From a virus, in IMG/VR virus record IMGVR_UViG_3300042860_003408, positions 1 to 64,000 of that record: a DNA stretch of 64,000 bases. One strand, written 5' to 3'. Position numbers and translations under genes: made by a program. A model generated the notes under the pieces. That model saw nothing but the letters and a program-made list of their open reading frames with translations. It was not told the DNA's origin and did no database searches. Positions 56,601 through 64,000 of this stretch are shown piece after piece. Within the stretch, counting starts at the first letter, position 1. The number at the start of each line of letters is the position of its first letter.

Positions 56601-57669
56601 ATTTTTCCCTGGCGCTCAAAGAAAAGAAGGGGCTAGGGAATGGGATTTGATAAAAGATACACTATACTCTGCATACAGCGTTGCTGACAACAATCTAGTA
56701 ATAGATCCAAAATATGCTGAATATATAACTCCAGAGCTAGAAAATCAAGTAAGCTTACTTTCAGCATCTATGTCTCGTAAATTAGATGGATCGTTAACTG
56801 GAACAGAGAGAACTGCAGCACATAGAAATCTAGTTGGCTCAATGATGCTTTTACATAAGAATTACTTATTGTGGGCAATCCAAGATAGGTTCCATCCAAA
56901 AATGTATAGGTACGATCTAGGGGTAGAGACTAGTGGTATCTATAGATGGGGTAATTTAAAGACGGCTCCAAAAATATGGATGAATATGTTGTTCATGAAA
57001 ATGTCAAATGTCAACGAGAAATACGAGTACAGTCAAAGGTACTCAGCACAAAGGCTTGCTAAGGAATTCACGTTCTTTATAGCATTGTCTGCTGCAGCAA
57101 CTATATTTAGCAAGTACGCAATCGGGGACGATGATGATAAGATAAAAGAGTCATGGGAGATGTTAATATATTTATTGATGGCTCGTGTTACTATGGAGGT
57201 TGGTGCCATGATGTCTCCATCCGATGTTTATAATCTGCAGAAAGAACCATTTGGTACTATAGGTATAATTACACAAGGCAGAGAGATATTAGATATGGTT
57301 GGAGATGGTTCTTATGGAGACATAGTTAGAACCGGACACTATGAAGGCTTTAGGAAGATAGATAAATCATTATTGAAAATCATACCTATAGCTAAGCAAT
57401 ATCAACCATACATTGGAAATCCCAACTTTAAGAAAGATGATGCGTTTCTAAATGAAAGTATGTTTATACCATATAGTAGGGTTAGAGATTTTATTTGGCC
57501 TGAAAACTGGAATGCAAGAGCTAGAGAGAAATCTAAGCAATTGCTTCAAAAGAAACAAGACAAAGAAAATATGCTAAGAGATGCAGGCGTAGATCCTGAA
57601 GAAATAAAAAGAATGAGAAAAAAATCTGAACACATTCGGGATTCTATAAAAAGAGAATACGGTTATTAA
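50638..57669 (+). CDS. Large cargo/polyvalent protein (2343 aa)
   Basis: N-terminal 'CPN'; P-loop 'FGHPTIGKS' (~51300); ART-like module 'DSKVKDIVYHGG...YVVFDKEQIHIL' (~51790-52285); zincin-like 'IIHEMFGHP' (~52567); long helical C-terminal region. Confidence 0.7.
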   Translation: MCPNINDKKIRNDFNKIVQAFGGRPMTIDEFKYKELRDERSGVDDFAMQHAYAVWDKTNGEPNLDTPDILNYSKFVLSGDKKYKAEYEKNVNNGAGILPISTNRDLYKELNLLNDDGNILTFPYSKFPDNEKGEAKFIEEVFNKKSSRNDIQGKYSLSFKKSPNSKGRVIWITKLDEPKELQGEIDFDTPVYSTQERLSDLSEADEIIVSNSIKQTDVVLFGHPTIGKSFLKNNGADSFISLDDDYAEEINREVSAIAIKYKVAEHLVKDGGNMQWNVEYNDMMQRLFDAAKKEAALSGKMLFTSNTNLLRNNSSSFDRVINLTDKEFKDRANARGVKYDINEWKAQINEVVSKFPKEKVITTDKYLSDLLPKKSTGNDSGINTVFEQNPELSKIGTKEQYSRYLETIFPDSKVKDIVYHGGSPAADFNNPEFGTSGFHGFFATIKSVADEFANRWTRNKGTTGKTKAILVNIQNPDITDKLYQGEYKESVEYIKAKINEGSNDGIIATNTNDKFSDKLGSYDQYVVFDKEQIHILGSKQDIEGFKAFVKTTDSKAISATQNNEDRLTSMSAEKVAQNVSKRQIKAIVRIADDLSRRFGVKFNVMNRNTSMFYGVSKSMNTGAYYKAGGAVFFYDTIKPSYIIHEMFGHPMMFALRASSDPKHREIYDALLAEAMKNTEIVNAVNNSYIDDAKTIKTYDDEVVGDEIIIRSIEKEYNNRENRKIAYLWSRALRALTETIKRIFGNNSIPTDINPYISIGDMLDYVLYGKNAVDILSLEDKDLMAKSVDSITNEIKGINGANIAIAEFLNLFKSDTSKQRAIEHGINEYSIEKENDCAYILASFSHQLYKMSISRDIIVEDGKTGNRFEFKKVDDIYQFPTDDTLYGLKNSHVIAFLRAASRLGDGAITIKSDRTEFIGVIMRFTPSMLVSKIDENTVVLFPVDRMADIGPDSFNVSYRMLDSEMVTSDELSKSTAMATMNRVLSGLKSKLHTAERSKNVTQSYLDSLKLLIKDVEKHEAMVGMIKFIEFSANEIKDVRVKLDKMVVLKNTGKWLDDEQLFDISKNFLSMYDSATAAISTIINDSPSIAKGFPKEDIDSLIATVRKIRSEIDDIKSMLIGLNEYQYVNTIKREGLNYRSTTVKGITKKSSDTSEQTVFSESDDIGQLTMLVGAMVMSPKEQHRILFAKVEEAKMNARRTMETDGVILGLKEKWDAVRAKRKYATFSRYMEKNDNGKTTGYLLSDLKYGSFYKNYDIFMNDLNFRYGLTGHGAIPIDEKEAAEFQKEKNAWMEANVERIFTPEYYKLRENISPSTQELMTEYDDILRSFYSKFRDENGIIRTERMTLEDKESLFDIKKRKEALSMLTYADGTPKTVGSYDYNVAIELQEFYKATTDGIKYKFNVDAFERAKENARKTLTAAEFKEWMKENTTVRLKDEFYEMISSSANEMQSEKWKELYQIRKDLLKYNRDMNTMEVIGTRVEANKHIAELIKRIDKKLSDTRVKTTSTARFKFKDIAEVVPNQAYNSEIERLSADKSSAGVNALNEFKKNSGYYNKKGKFTLYSHWSKIVPKNKSFIEISPNFIWQELDESSPLYNKDYDKSREKYGMQPKRSMYDNSKEYNRLTSNKEDKEFLEAYRSAMQKANENYFYMNRSNPNRLPQISTSFFAKVVRGSNWISGFIKALKDSMNYMPEDLFIGDSDSSGKYYADGTAVKHIPTRYRTMLEDTNMISRDLLGSFAMYYSSSLNFVEMSKVRGTIETILEGLRNVQIHDPKGKEVKTGGRMYQKAAEFVNSEVYGDDKVSALEFSISRGNIATSLYNMIRRMFNKEKVTSGRIGSVSVDKFIKAIISYTRIVNLGYNIKSIFSNFGGAKVQQKIEASMGSFFTEKGLMFANKEIALRLPSIVASSTNRSNDKITSLMRYFGITRSNESDMKNLHGWKFARYVEDKFWYGPYEAGDFAIKAPSMIAILDNFRLYEGEFYSREQFLTRFFPGAQRKEGAREWDLIKDTLYSAYSVADNNLVIDPKYAEYITPELENQVSLLSASMSRKLDGSLTGTERTAAHRNLVGSMMLLHKNYLLWAIQDRFHPKMYRYDLGVETSGIYRWGNLKTAPKIWMNMLFMKMSNVNEKYEYSQRYSAQRLAKEFTFFIALSAAATIFSKYAIGDDDDKIKESWEMLIYLLMARVTMEVGAMMSPSDVYNLQKEPFGTIGIITQGREILDMVGDGSYGDIVRTGHYEGFRKIDKSLLKIIPIAKQYQPYIGNPNFKKDDAFLNESMFIPYSRVRDFIWPENWNARAREKSKQLLQKKQDKENMLRDAGVDPEEIKRMRKKSEHIRDSIKREYGY
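52293..52382. repeat. Dispersed phased inverted-repeat element (inside the 2343-aa gene)
   Basis: Left arm CGATTCTAAGGCGATTTCAGCCACTC; reverse complement of the right arm is CGTTTAGAGACGTTCTGAGCCACTTTC; core span about 85 bp. Confidence 0.7.
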
Positions 57670-57704
57670 TTTTGCGGTTACAACAATATAACTAGCAACA
57701 AGAC

Positions 57705-57749
57705 AAAAAAAAGACTACTATTGAGTAAAATCAGTAATAGTCTTTTTTT
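57705..57749. terminator. Bidirectional rho-independent terminator between convergent gene blocks
   Basis: A8-GACTACTATTGA-GTAAAA-TCAGTAATAGTC-T7 at the strand switch. Confidence 0.85.
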
Positions 57750-57752
57750 ATT

Positions 57753-58343
57753 TTAAGCCAACTTGATACCTTTTAGAGAATCAATTAAAGCGCTATCAAA
57801 TTCATCAATATATGCTGTTGCTAAATCAAACTTCTTATCTTTCAATTGCAATACATCATTAGACGTTTTAATAGGCTCTATAGCAGATACCATTAAGGCA
57901 TTATAGAGATTCGAATTAAATGTTGAATTCCAAAAGCTTAATATCTTCTTTTTTATTTCTACATCAATTTCGAAGTACTTGTTTAGCTTAACTTTCTCAT
58001 AGGTTTCAATATATTTTTCTATTATAGAGAATGAGTATACATCTAAAAATGTAGGCTCATTTTCTTTATCAGAAAATCTAGCAGAATATTTTGATTTAAA
58101 ATTTTCGTTTTCCTCAAATTGGTCAATCTTTAATCTACTGGACATCTCCGTATTAATTGCAACTTTAAATGAGTTTTCTATATCAGGTGTATTTAAATCA
58201 TAAATATACCCATTATAGACAGCGTGGCAGTCATTTTTAAGCAAAGACCACCAATCTGCATATTTATCAAATATTAGCGGCAATAATAAATAAAAAGATA
58301 GATTAAGACCATCAGGAAATTGTTTCAATTCCATCATTTTCAT
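57753..58343 (-). CDS. Hypothetical protein
   Basis: 196-aa ORF overlapping the end of the nuclease gene. Confidence 0.6.
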   Translation of the reverse strand: MKMMELKQFPDGLNLSFYLLLPLIFDKYADWWSLLKNDCHAVYNGYIYDLNTPDIENSFKVAINTEMSSRLKIDQFEENENFKSKYSARFSDKENEPTFLDVYSFSIIEKYIETYEKVKLNKYFEIDVEIKKKILSFWNSTFNSNLYNALMVSAIEPIKTSNDVLQLKDKKFDLATAYIDEFDSALIDSLKGIKLA

Positions 58344-59307
58344 AATATTCTCTCCTATAATCCCATAAATTATTGACTGTATGCCAATGTATTTCTGAGA
58401 TAGTTTTATTTATTCTTGGTATTTCTGGTTCTAATAATTCAGGACTTACAGAGAAAACTCTACAGTCATATGGACTATTATTTTTGATTGCAACTATGTA
58501 CGTCTCAAACGACCAATCAGAAAGGTCGACTTCTTTTATGTTTTTCATATACCAAATTATAGCCATCCAGTAAAAAGCCATTTGACCTGCATATTCATAC
58601 TCTACAAACGATTTTTTAAAGTTTGAGGTGTCTACAGTGGTCTTTATGTCTATTAGTTGAATCACTTTATTTTCTTCATCAACAGTTAATCTGTCAATTA
58701 ATGATTTGCATTGGTATACTATGTTGTCTTCTAACTTATACTCCCAGTTTATATGGAATTCGTTTTTAGCCCAGAATTTATCAGAGTCTTCTCTAAATAG
58801 CAATTCTTTGGCTTTTTTGTGTAATAACACGTTTTCTTTTGTTATTTTAAGACCATTTAACTCAGCCCAACTCATCGTTTTCACTGAATTTGACTCTGAC
58901 CTCAAGAACTTAATGTACTGCTTCAATTTTAAGGCCATTTCTAGCCCCTTAGCGGCACTTTCTTCGTCTTTCTTACCTGTAGTACTATAGTTATTTTTAA
59001 ATGCCTCTAAGGCCTTTAAAATAGGCTTCTCGGCCTTGCTATTAATATAGTCTTGACAGAATTTCTTTTGTTGCGCAGAGCTTGGTGTTTCAAAAGTTAA
59101 TACCTTGTATTCTTTCTTGAACTCCTCCTGCTGTAGTAGATACATATGAGTCATTATGCCCTTATCTATATACTTTCCTTTTAATCCCCCGTCTTTCCCA
59201 TCTAACATATCTCGGTAGTCTTTAGGCGATATTTCAAATCGCTTAAGACCACTTCTTGAGATACGTGAATTGTCATCATAATAAGGGATAGTTATATCCA
59301 TTGTCAT
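58312..59307 (-). CDS. PD-(D/E)XK nuclease (RecE/ExoVIII-like)
   Basis: 'ISRSGLK', 'G...H..LLQ', 'NE', 'KSLIDRL', 'IDIKTT' and 'Y..QMAFY'. Confidence 0.85.
   Translation of the reverse strand: MTMDITIPYYDDNSRISRSGLKRFEISPKDYRDMLDGKDGGLKGKYIDKGIMTHMYLLQQEEFKKEYKVLTFETPSSAQQKKFCQDYINSKAEKPILKALEAFKNNYSTTGKKDEESAAKGLEMALKLKQYIKFLRSESNSVKTMSWAELNGLKITKENVLLHKKAKELLFREDSDKFWAKNEFHINWEYKLEDNIVYQCKSLIDRLTVDEENKVIQLIDIKTTVDTSNFKKSFVEYEYAGQMAFYWMAIIWYMKNIKEVDLSDWSFETYIVAIKNNSPYDCRVFSVSPELLEPEIPRINKTISEIHWHTVNNLWDYRREYYENDGIETIS
58926..59026. repeat. Dispersed phased inverted-repeat element (inside the nuclease gene)
   Basis: Left arm ATTTTAAGGCCATTTCTAGCCCCTTAGCGGCACTTTC; reverse complement of the right arm is GCCTATTTTAAAGGCCTTAGAGGCATTT; core span 95 bp. 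Confidence 0.75.
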
Positions 59308-59309
59308 AA

Positions 59310-59615
59310 TTACGCTGCCATTTTTTCACCAAAGAATTCTTCATACATTACTGTAATCTCTTCCTTAGTTTTAATTGCATTTCTTTTTTTGTTTCGAATT
59401 TGAAGTAATTTGTTCAAATCAACATTTTCAATATTCTCCATTGCTTTATTGAAATCATTTTCAGATTCAATAATGGCATCTTCCAGCGAGTCATAAGACG
59501 ATTGAAATTTGCGTTTAAACGCTCTTTCTACTAATGGCTCTTTCAACTTTTTCATGACATCTTCAGTCATGTTATAGAACTTTTTAAATAAAGTTACTTC
59601 TTTTTTTTCTGACAT
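59310..59615 (-). CDS. Hypothetical coiled-coil protein
   Basis: 101-aa charged helical ORF, tightly packed with its neighbours. Confidence 0.65.
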   Translation of the reverse strand: MSEKKEVTLFKKFYNMTEDVMKKLKEPLVERAFKRKFQSSYDSLEDAIIESENDFNKAMENIENVDLNKLLQIRNKKRNAIKTKEEITVMYEEFFGEKMAA

Positions 59616-59619
59616 AATT

Positions 59620-59940
59620 TTAAAAATTTTGATTTACTTTTTCAAATGTTTCAAATTCAATTATTGTGATCTTAATAACATCTGTTTTTTGAGGTTGCTT
59701 TTCAGCAGTTTTTGTGTTCCAATTCGGTATAAACCCACTGAACGATCCGCCAATTGAGACAAATCCAGAATACCCTGTTGATGCATTTATATTCTTATCT
59801 CCTACTGTACCATTATATTGATTAGTACAAACAATAAAAGTACCAGGCTTATGCTCATATATACATCCTGCATATCCATTTATTGTTCCAAAAAGCATGG
59901 TTCCAGGGCTAATTCCTCTAAATATTTCACTAACACTCAT
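59620..59940 (-). CDS. Hypothetical protein
   Basis: 106-aa ORF with AAGGAA just upstream of the ATG. Confidence 0.6.
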   Translation of the reverse strand: MSVSEIFRGISPGTMLFGTINGYAGCIYEHKPGTFIVCTNQYNGTVGDKNINASTGYSGFVSIGGSFSGFIPNWNTKTAEKQPQKTDVIKITIIEFETFEKVNQNF

Positions 59941-59967
59941 TTCATTCCTTCTATAATTAAATAAGTT

Positions 59968-59989
59968 GCGAGCAGATTTCTCTGCCCGC
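59968..59989 (-). terminator. GNRA-loop hairpin; possible weak terminator or processing site
   Basis: The minus strand reads GCGGGCAGA-GAAA-TCTGCTCGC (one G-U pair), followed by AACTTATTT. Confidence 0.5.
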
Positions 59990-60017
59990 TTCCAAATATT
60001 GCGAGTATTCGGAGTTG

Positions 60018-61250
60018 TTATTTTTTGATATATGATTCTATACTTTCTACATAAACAGCATCAGATTTTTTAATCCATCTGTTATATAGTCTACACAAAA
60101 CATATATTGTTCCGTTATCTTCTAGTTCGATATTTTTAATTATCTCACCGTCGTCTTCTATTTCCGCATTGCATTCTTTTTCGTTGCAGAAAGTGAAGTT
60201 ATCGTAAGTCATATAGGCTATATCGCCTATTTTTCCGCATTCTGGACATACAGCTTTTTCTACTTCAATATATTCATCTCTGATTAAATTATAGTATCCG
60301 CTCTCCAATATTTCCTCAAACATTAACGACTGTTCTTTTCCTGAAACCTCTACGGCATTCATCTTCAGCAATGTTCTAGTAAAGAAATTCGATTCTAATA
60401 CCTTATTTTTGCGTTTAGATTTTCCTGCTGGAAGCGCATACCTACTCGAAGGGATATATGTCACTACTTCTTTCTTGTGATCATATCTTGTATTTCCCAT
60501 TGTATTGAAAATATCAGATATCATAAGATATGTATTATCCAATACTTTGATATTTACTGTTTCGAACCCACTGTGTGGTTCAAAATAACCAGAAGATATA
60601 TTGGCTGCAGAAACTTCAAGCCCATTTCTTTTTAGCGCACCAACATCTGTCGATGTGCCGTAATTTGGAGAAAATCCATATTTTGTATAAATTTCGCTTG
60701 AATCCTTTTTGAATTTATCACTTGCAATGGTTAACCCATTTGTATGTGTAATAAAATCAGACGAACCCTTTCTGTCCAATTGCAATACCATGTTACAGTC
60801 TTTGAAGAACTTCATGTTTGCAGCAGAAGATCCGTTGCATCCTGTTTCCTCAAATCTGAAAAATACAGATTTAATATTATCAAAATCTGACATAGCTTGA
60901 AGACAAGCGTATACTCCGCATTTATCATCTCCTCCAACGCCAACTTGGCAAATATCAGATTGATTGTATGCGGTTCTCTCTTTTTCTGCTATCGCAAATA
61001 AAGTGTCTTCAAATATATATATTTTTCTGTTTTTGCACATCTGATGGACTGTATCTGTGTGAGACACTATACATTTATATCCATTCTCTCCAGATCCTTT
61101 AGTAGCATAAATGTTTCCAAATGAATCTTTTTCAATAGATACTCCATCTATCTTTGACAGATACTTCTCTATGAATTCGTTTATCAACTTGTCTTCCTTT
61201 ACGGTTGACTGTATTGATAATACTTTTATTAATAAATCTTTGTTTATCAT
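60018..61250 (-). CDS. M20/M28-family zinc peptidase with a C-terminal Zn ribbon
   Basis: 'GNIYATKG', 'SHTDTVH', 'GGDDKCG', 'EETGCNGS', 'LQLDR', 'TDV' and 'GYFEPH'; C-terminal CPEC...C...C. Confidence 0.85.
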   Translation of the reverse strand: MINKDLLIKVLSIQSTVKEDKLINEFIEKYLSKIDGVSIEKDSFGNIYATKGSGENGYKCIVSHTDTVHQMCKNRKIYIFEDTLFAIAEKERTAYNQSDICQVGVGGDDKCGVYACLQAMSDFDNIKSVFFRFEETGCNGSSAANMKFFKDCNMVLQLDRKGSSDFITHTNGLTIASDKFKKDSSEIYTKYGFSPNYGTSTDVGALKRNGLEVSAANISSGYFEPHSGFETVNIKVLDNTYLMISDIFNTMGNTRYDHKKEVVTYIPSSRYALPAGKSKRKNKVLESNFFTRTLLKMNAVEVSGKEQSLMFEEILESGYYNLIRDEYIEVEKAVCPECGKIGDIAYMTYDNFTFCNEKECNAEIEDDGEIIKNIELEDNGTIYVLCRLYNRWIKKSDAVYVESIESYIKK

Positions 61251-63760
61251 TCTTGTACTAAATCTTTTAATTTGATTAATAGCGCTCTATATTTGAATGA
61301 AAAATATAATTCTTCATTTATCATAGACAAAGAAGATACAGTTTTCAATGTATAATCAGAAGAGTTCGCTATTTCTTTTTGAAGTGCCAATATTTCATTT
61401 TCATATCTTCCTCTTGTAGAGAGAATTGCTTCTTTCGATACAGACAGCTCTTTTGCAGTATACCCAGACAATAACATTACTTTTGCAACGTACTTATCGA
61501 TATTCTTTTCTGCAAGCTTTATAATAGCCTTTCTGTTTGCATTATATAGATTAGACTCTAAAATCGGACCAATTATAGACAGTTGCTCTATCGCTTTAAT
61601 TTCAATTTCTGTTGGATTTTTTGGAACAACTACTGTTAGTTTTGATTTCAATAATTGCAACGACATGGTTGTACACGTTTCGTCATAATAAATTTTCTCA
61701 GCATCTGATATGGTCGTAGCTCCATAAATACAAGGCCTGTAAGAAACATCGCAATTGTGAGAAAATAAAAATTCATGAATTCTATATTGCAATTCTCCGA
61801 ATGAAGTATCCATTTTAATAAAATTTAACTTTGAATTAAATTCATATTTTCCACGAGTTCCTGTCGACAAAAAATCTTTTGTAACTGGTCCTTTAAGCAT
61901 AGTCCCGTCTTCTGTCTGCAGGCCTCCTGAATTTATAATAATAACCTTGTTGTCAGTCATTAATTTAATATGCCTATTACATACAGCGCCTAATTCCAAT
62001 TCAGTTAAATTACTCTTACTGCTCAGTACGGCTCCACAAATCTTACATGTGCGTTGTTTTGCGGCCTCTATGTATAATTCTGGACTATTGATATTTATAG
62101 CTCCAATTGGAAGTGAAATATCGTTTTTTCCAACTGCAGATGAAGTTGCTACAGCTAAACCGTCTTTATTTACAAGAACAGTGCTTAAACTGTCAAAATA
62201 AGGCATCTCTAGGGCTGCGTTTAAATTTGAAATTTTAATTTTTGGGAAGCCGCTTCTAAGGTGTCCTGCTATTCCTGATTCATTTGAATGAACAAGATTA
62301 CAATTCTTAAGACCTTGTAGATATGCTACCATTGAATTATACGTACTGCTATCGGTGTAGTAAAGTCTGTCTGCGTACATTTTCTTTGTTTCTTTATCAA
62401 ACCAAATTAATGCGCGACCTTTAATTTTTGTTAGATCCTCGTCAAGCCGTATATACAACTTAACAAGTTCTTTGTTTTTTGCATAAAACATAATTTTCTC
62501 CTTTTGCTCTGGATATCTCATACATGAGTTCCATAATGTGCCGCCATACGATGCACTATAAGAAGAGCTATTGTAATATTTGATTATATCATCTCCTTCT
62601 ACAATTATGTTTTTTACATTATTTCTTTCTGCTAACGCTTTCTTATCTAATTCAATCTTTTCATTAATTTTTTCGATAAATTTATTCGTCTCAGAAACAA
62701 CTTCAATTATCTTATTGCAATAATCAATATCACTGCATTTCGATTCAATTGGAGCTCTATATTTTACGACAATTTGATTGCCGGTATATGTGTTTAATTC
62801 CGTTTTTTCTCTTACTTCGGTATTTTTTAAAAAATATTCTAGGTTATTCTCCATAAAATCAAATGTATTCGATATTATATTTGATATAGAATATTCAGAA
62901 AAGAACTTTTGCTTTACTTCTTTTTTAAATATATTTTCTGTGAATATAGCGGTATTTTTTAAATACTCATCTATATACGTTAATATAACTTCGAATTCTT
63001 TAAGTTTTATAGCTATTTTATCTCCATGATTCTTTGAATATGAAGCATAATATCTTTCTGATACTTGTTTTGCTATTTTCTTTGTCTTTGATTTAGATAT
63101 TGTCGTACCTATAATACTTGAGCGAAATGGGTCCATGTAGGATATCATGTGTCTAATAATCATAATATCTATCATTTCATCACTTAATATCTCATAGAAT
63201 CTAATTTCTTTCTTCTCTGTAGAGTCAGAATAAATTTTATTTGCGAAACAAGAAGCTATCCTGTTTAAGTTCGTAGTCATCTCTCCAAACTCATGTATTA
63301 ATGAAGAAAAGATTAATGCCGAAAACTTAGACTTAGATATTGCTGTTATTTTTGACGAATCAGAATCAGATATATAATCAAAGAAATTTAAATTCGAAGA
63401 TTTAATATACCTTGTTTTTATAGCTCCATTTTTTAGTTTTTTTGATATGTAATCATTTTTATATGATAATAATAGATTAGAAAAATTATTAGAAAGAACT
63501 AATTCTAGTGATTTATTATCACTTTTATAATAGTCATTTACAACATTCTCTGTATATACATTTATTTTATCAAGAAAGCTAAACAATTTTGTTAAAAAAA
63601 CAACATGATTATGCTTCTTTTTAGCCTTATTCTCTTCTATGATTTTATCTTTTGATTTATAAAATCCATAAATTCCCATATTGCGAATAACAGCGCTAAA
63701 TTCTCTTGCAATCAACAGTTGTTCGTTGATATGTTGCATTGTTATAATACTACTGCACAT
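61247..63760 (-). CDS. Large hypothetical protein with an 'SCM...GRALIW...DRLY...PYFDS' domain and CxxC; start probably at 63739
   Basis: The ORF is about 830 aa and coupled to the peptidase gene. I recognise the motif from other phage proteins, but its function is uncertain. Confidence 0.6.
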   Translation of the reverse strand: MCSSIITMQHINEQLLIAREFSAVIRNMGIYGFYKSKDKIIEENKAKKKHNHVVFLTKLFSFLDKINVYTENVVNDYYKSDNKSLELVLSNNFSNLLLSYKNDYISKKLKNGAIKTRYIKSSNLNFFDYISDSDSSKITAISKSKFSALIFSSLIHEFGEMTTNLNRIASCFANKIYSDSTEKKEIRFYEILSDEMIDIMIIRHMISYMDPFRSSIIGTTISKSKTKKIAKQVSERYYASYSKNHGDKIAIKLKEFEVILTYIDEYLKNTAIFTENIFKKEVKQKFFSEYSISNIISNTFDFMENNLEYFLKNTEVREKTELNTYTGNQIVVKYRAPIESKCSDIDYCNKIIEVVSETNKFIEKINEKIELDKKALAERNNVKNIIVEGDDIIKYYNSSSYSASYGGTLWNSCMRYPEQKEKIMFYAKNKELVKLYIRLDEDLTKIKGRALIWFDKETKKMYADRLYYTDSSTYNSMVAYLQGLKNCNLVHSNESGIAGHLRSGFPKIKISNLNAALEMPYFDSLSTVLVNKDGLAVATSSAVGKNDISLPIGAININSPELYIEAAKQRTCKICGAVLSSKSNLTELELGAVCNRHIKLMTDNKVIIINSGGLQTEDGTMLKGPVTKDFLSTGTRGKYEFNSKLNFIKMDTSFGELQYRIHEFLFSHNCDVSYRPCIYGATTISDAEKIYYDETCTTMSLQLLKSKLTVVVPKNPTEIEIKAIEQLSIIGPILESNLYNANRKAIIKLAEKNIDKYVAKVMLLSGYTAKELSVSKEAILSTRGRYENEILALQKEIANSSDYTLKTVSSLSMINEELYFSFKYRALLIKLKDLVQE

Positions 63761-63999
63761 TTATATTTATTTTCGTTAATATCAAATATTGCTTTAAACG
63801 TGAATGATGTTATTATTTTTTCATCTAATAGCATCAGTAAATATCTTGCCCATTTCTTAGATACTCTTATCATTGGAATTTTTAATTCATAAGTATCAAA
63901 TGAAACTGTTATGACCTTTGTTCTTTCTTGGAAATCAGTTGTTCCAGAAAATTTATCATACCCAATAATAGGCCTTGATAAAACCTCAAATGGATTTAT
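63742..63999 (-). CDS. Hypothetical protein, 5' truncated by the window edge
   Basis: The frame is open from the edge (INPFEVLSRPIIGYDKF...KCAVVL*) to a TAA at 63744-63742. Confidence 0.55.
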   Translation of the reverse strand: MNPFEVLSRPIIGYDKFSGTTDFQERTKVITVSFDTYELKIPMIRVSKKWARYLLMLLDEKIITSFTFKAIFDINENKYKCAVVL

Positions 64000-64000
64000 T

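Noticed and set aside
1-64000. Stop-codon reassignment (TAG or TGA read-through), known in some crAss-like phages
   Set aside because: Genes up to 18 kb are uninterrupted in the standard code and coding density is near complete. TAG (20536) and TGA (16513) end genes right at the next start.
1-64000. tRNA or rRNA genes, integrase, transposase
   Set aside because: The intergenic gaps are short and show no cloverleaf or T-loop pattern, and no recombinase or transposase motifs appear in the ORFs.

Overview
This window is part of a crAss-like (Crassvirales-type) phage genome, AT-rich and read with the standard genetic code. The + strand (1-57669) carries the late and structural block. In order it encodes an HU-like fragment, an adenine methylase, a degenerate dUTPase, a RusA-like resolvase, terminase, portal, scaffold-like protein and major capsid protein, then ring and auxiliary proteins, a tail fibre with a chaperone domain, a lysis cassette and tail proteins. 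Four ejected 'cargo' proteins follow. One is a 6070-aa virion RNA polymerase polyprotein fused to ART-like, zincin, NADAR, SLOG-like, DUF1848 radical-SAM-like and RecD-like helicase modules. After a bidirectional terminator (~57.7 kb) the - strand carries early or middle genes: a PD-(D/E)XK nuclease, an M28-like peptidase and hypotheticals. The most unusual signal is a family of 7-8 dispersed imperfect inverted repeats of about 85-100 bp. They have helically phased AT/GC arms and a fixed arm spacing (83-85 or 95-96 bp), lie mostly inside unrelated genes, and are spaced about 4-13 kb apart. All protein calls come from motif recognition and synteny by eye; no searches were run.
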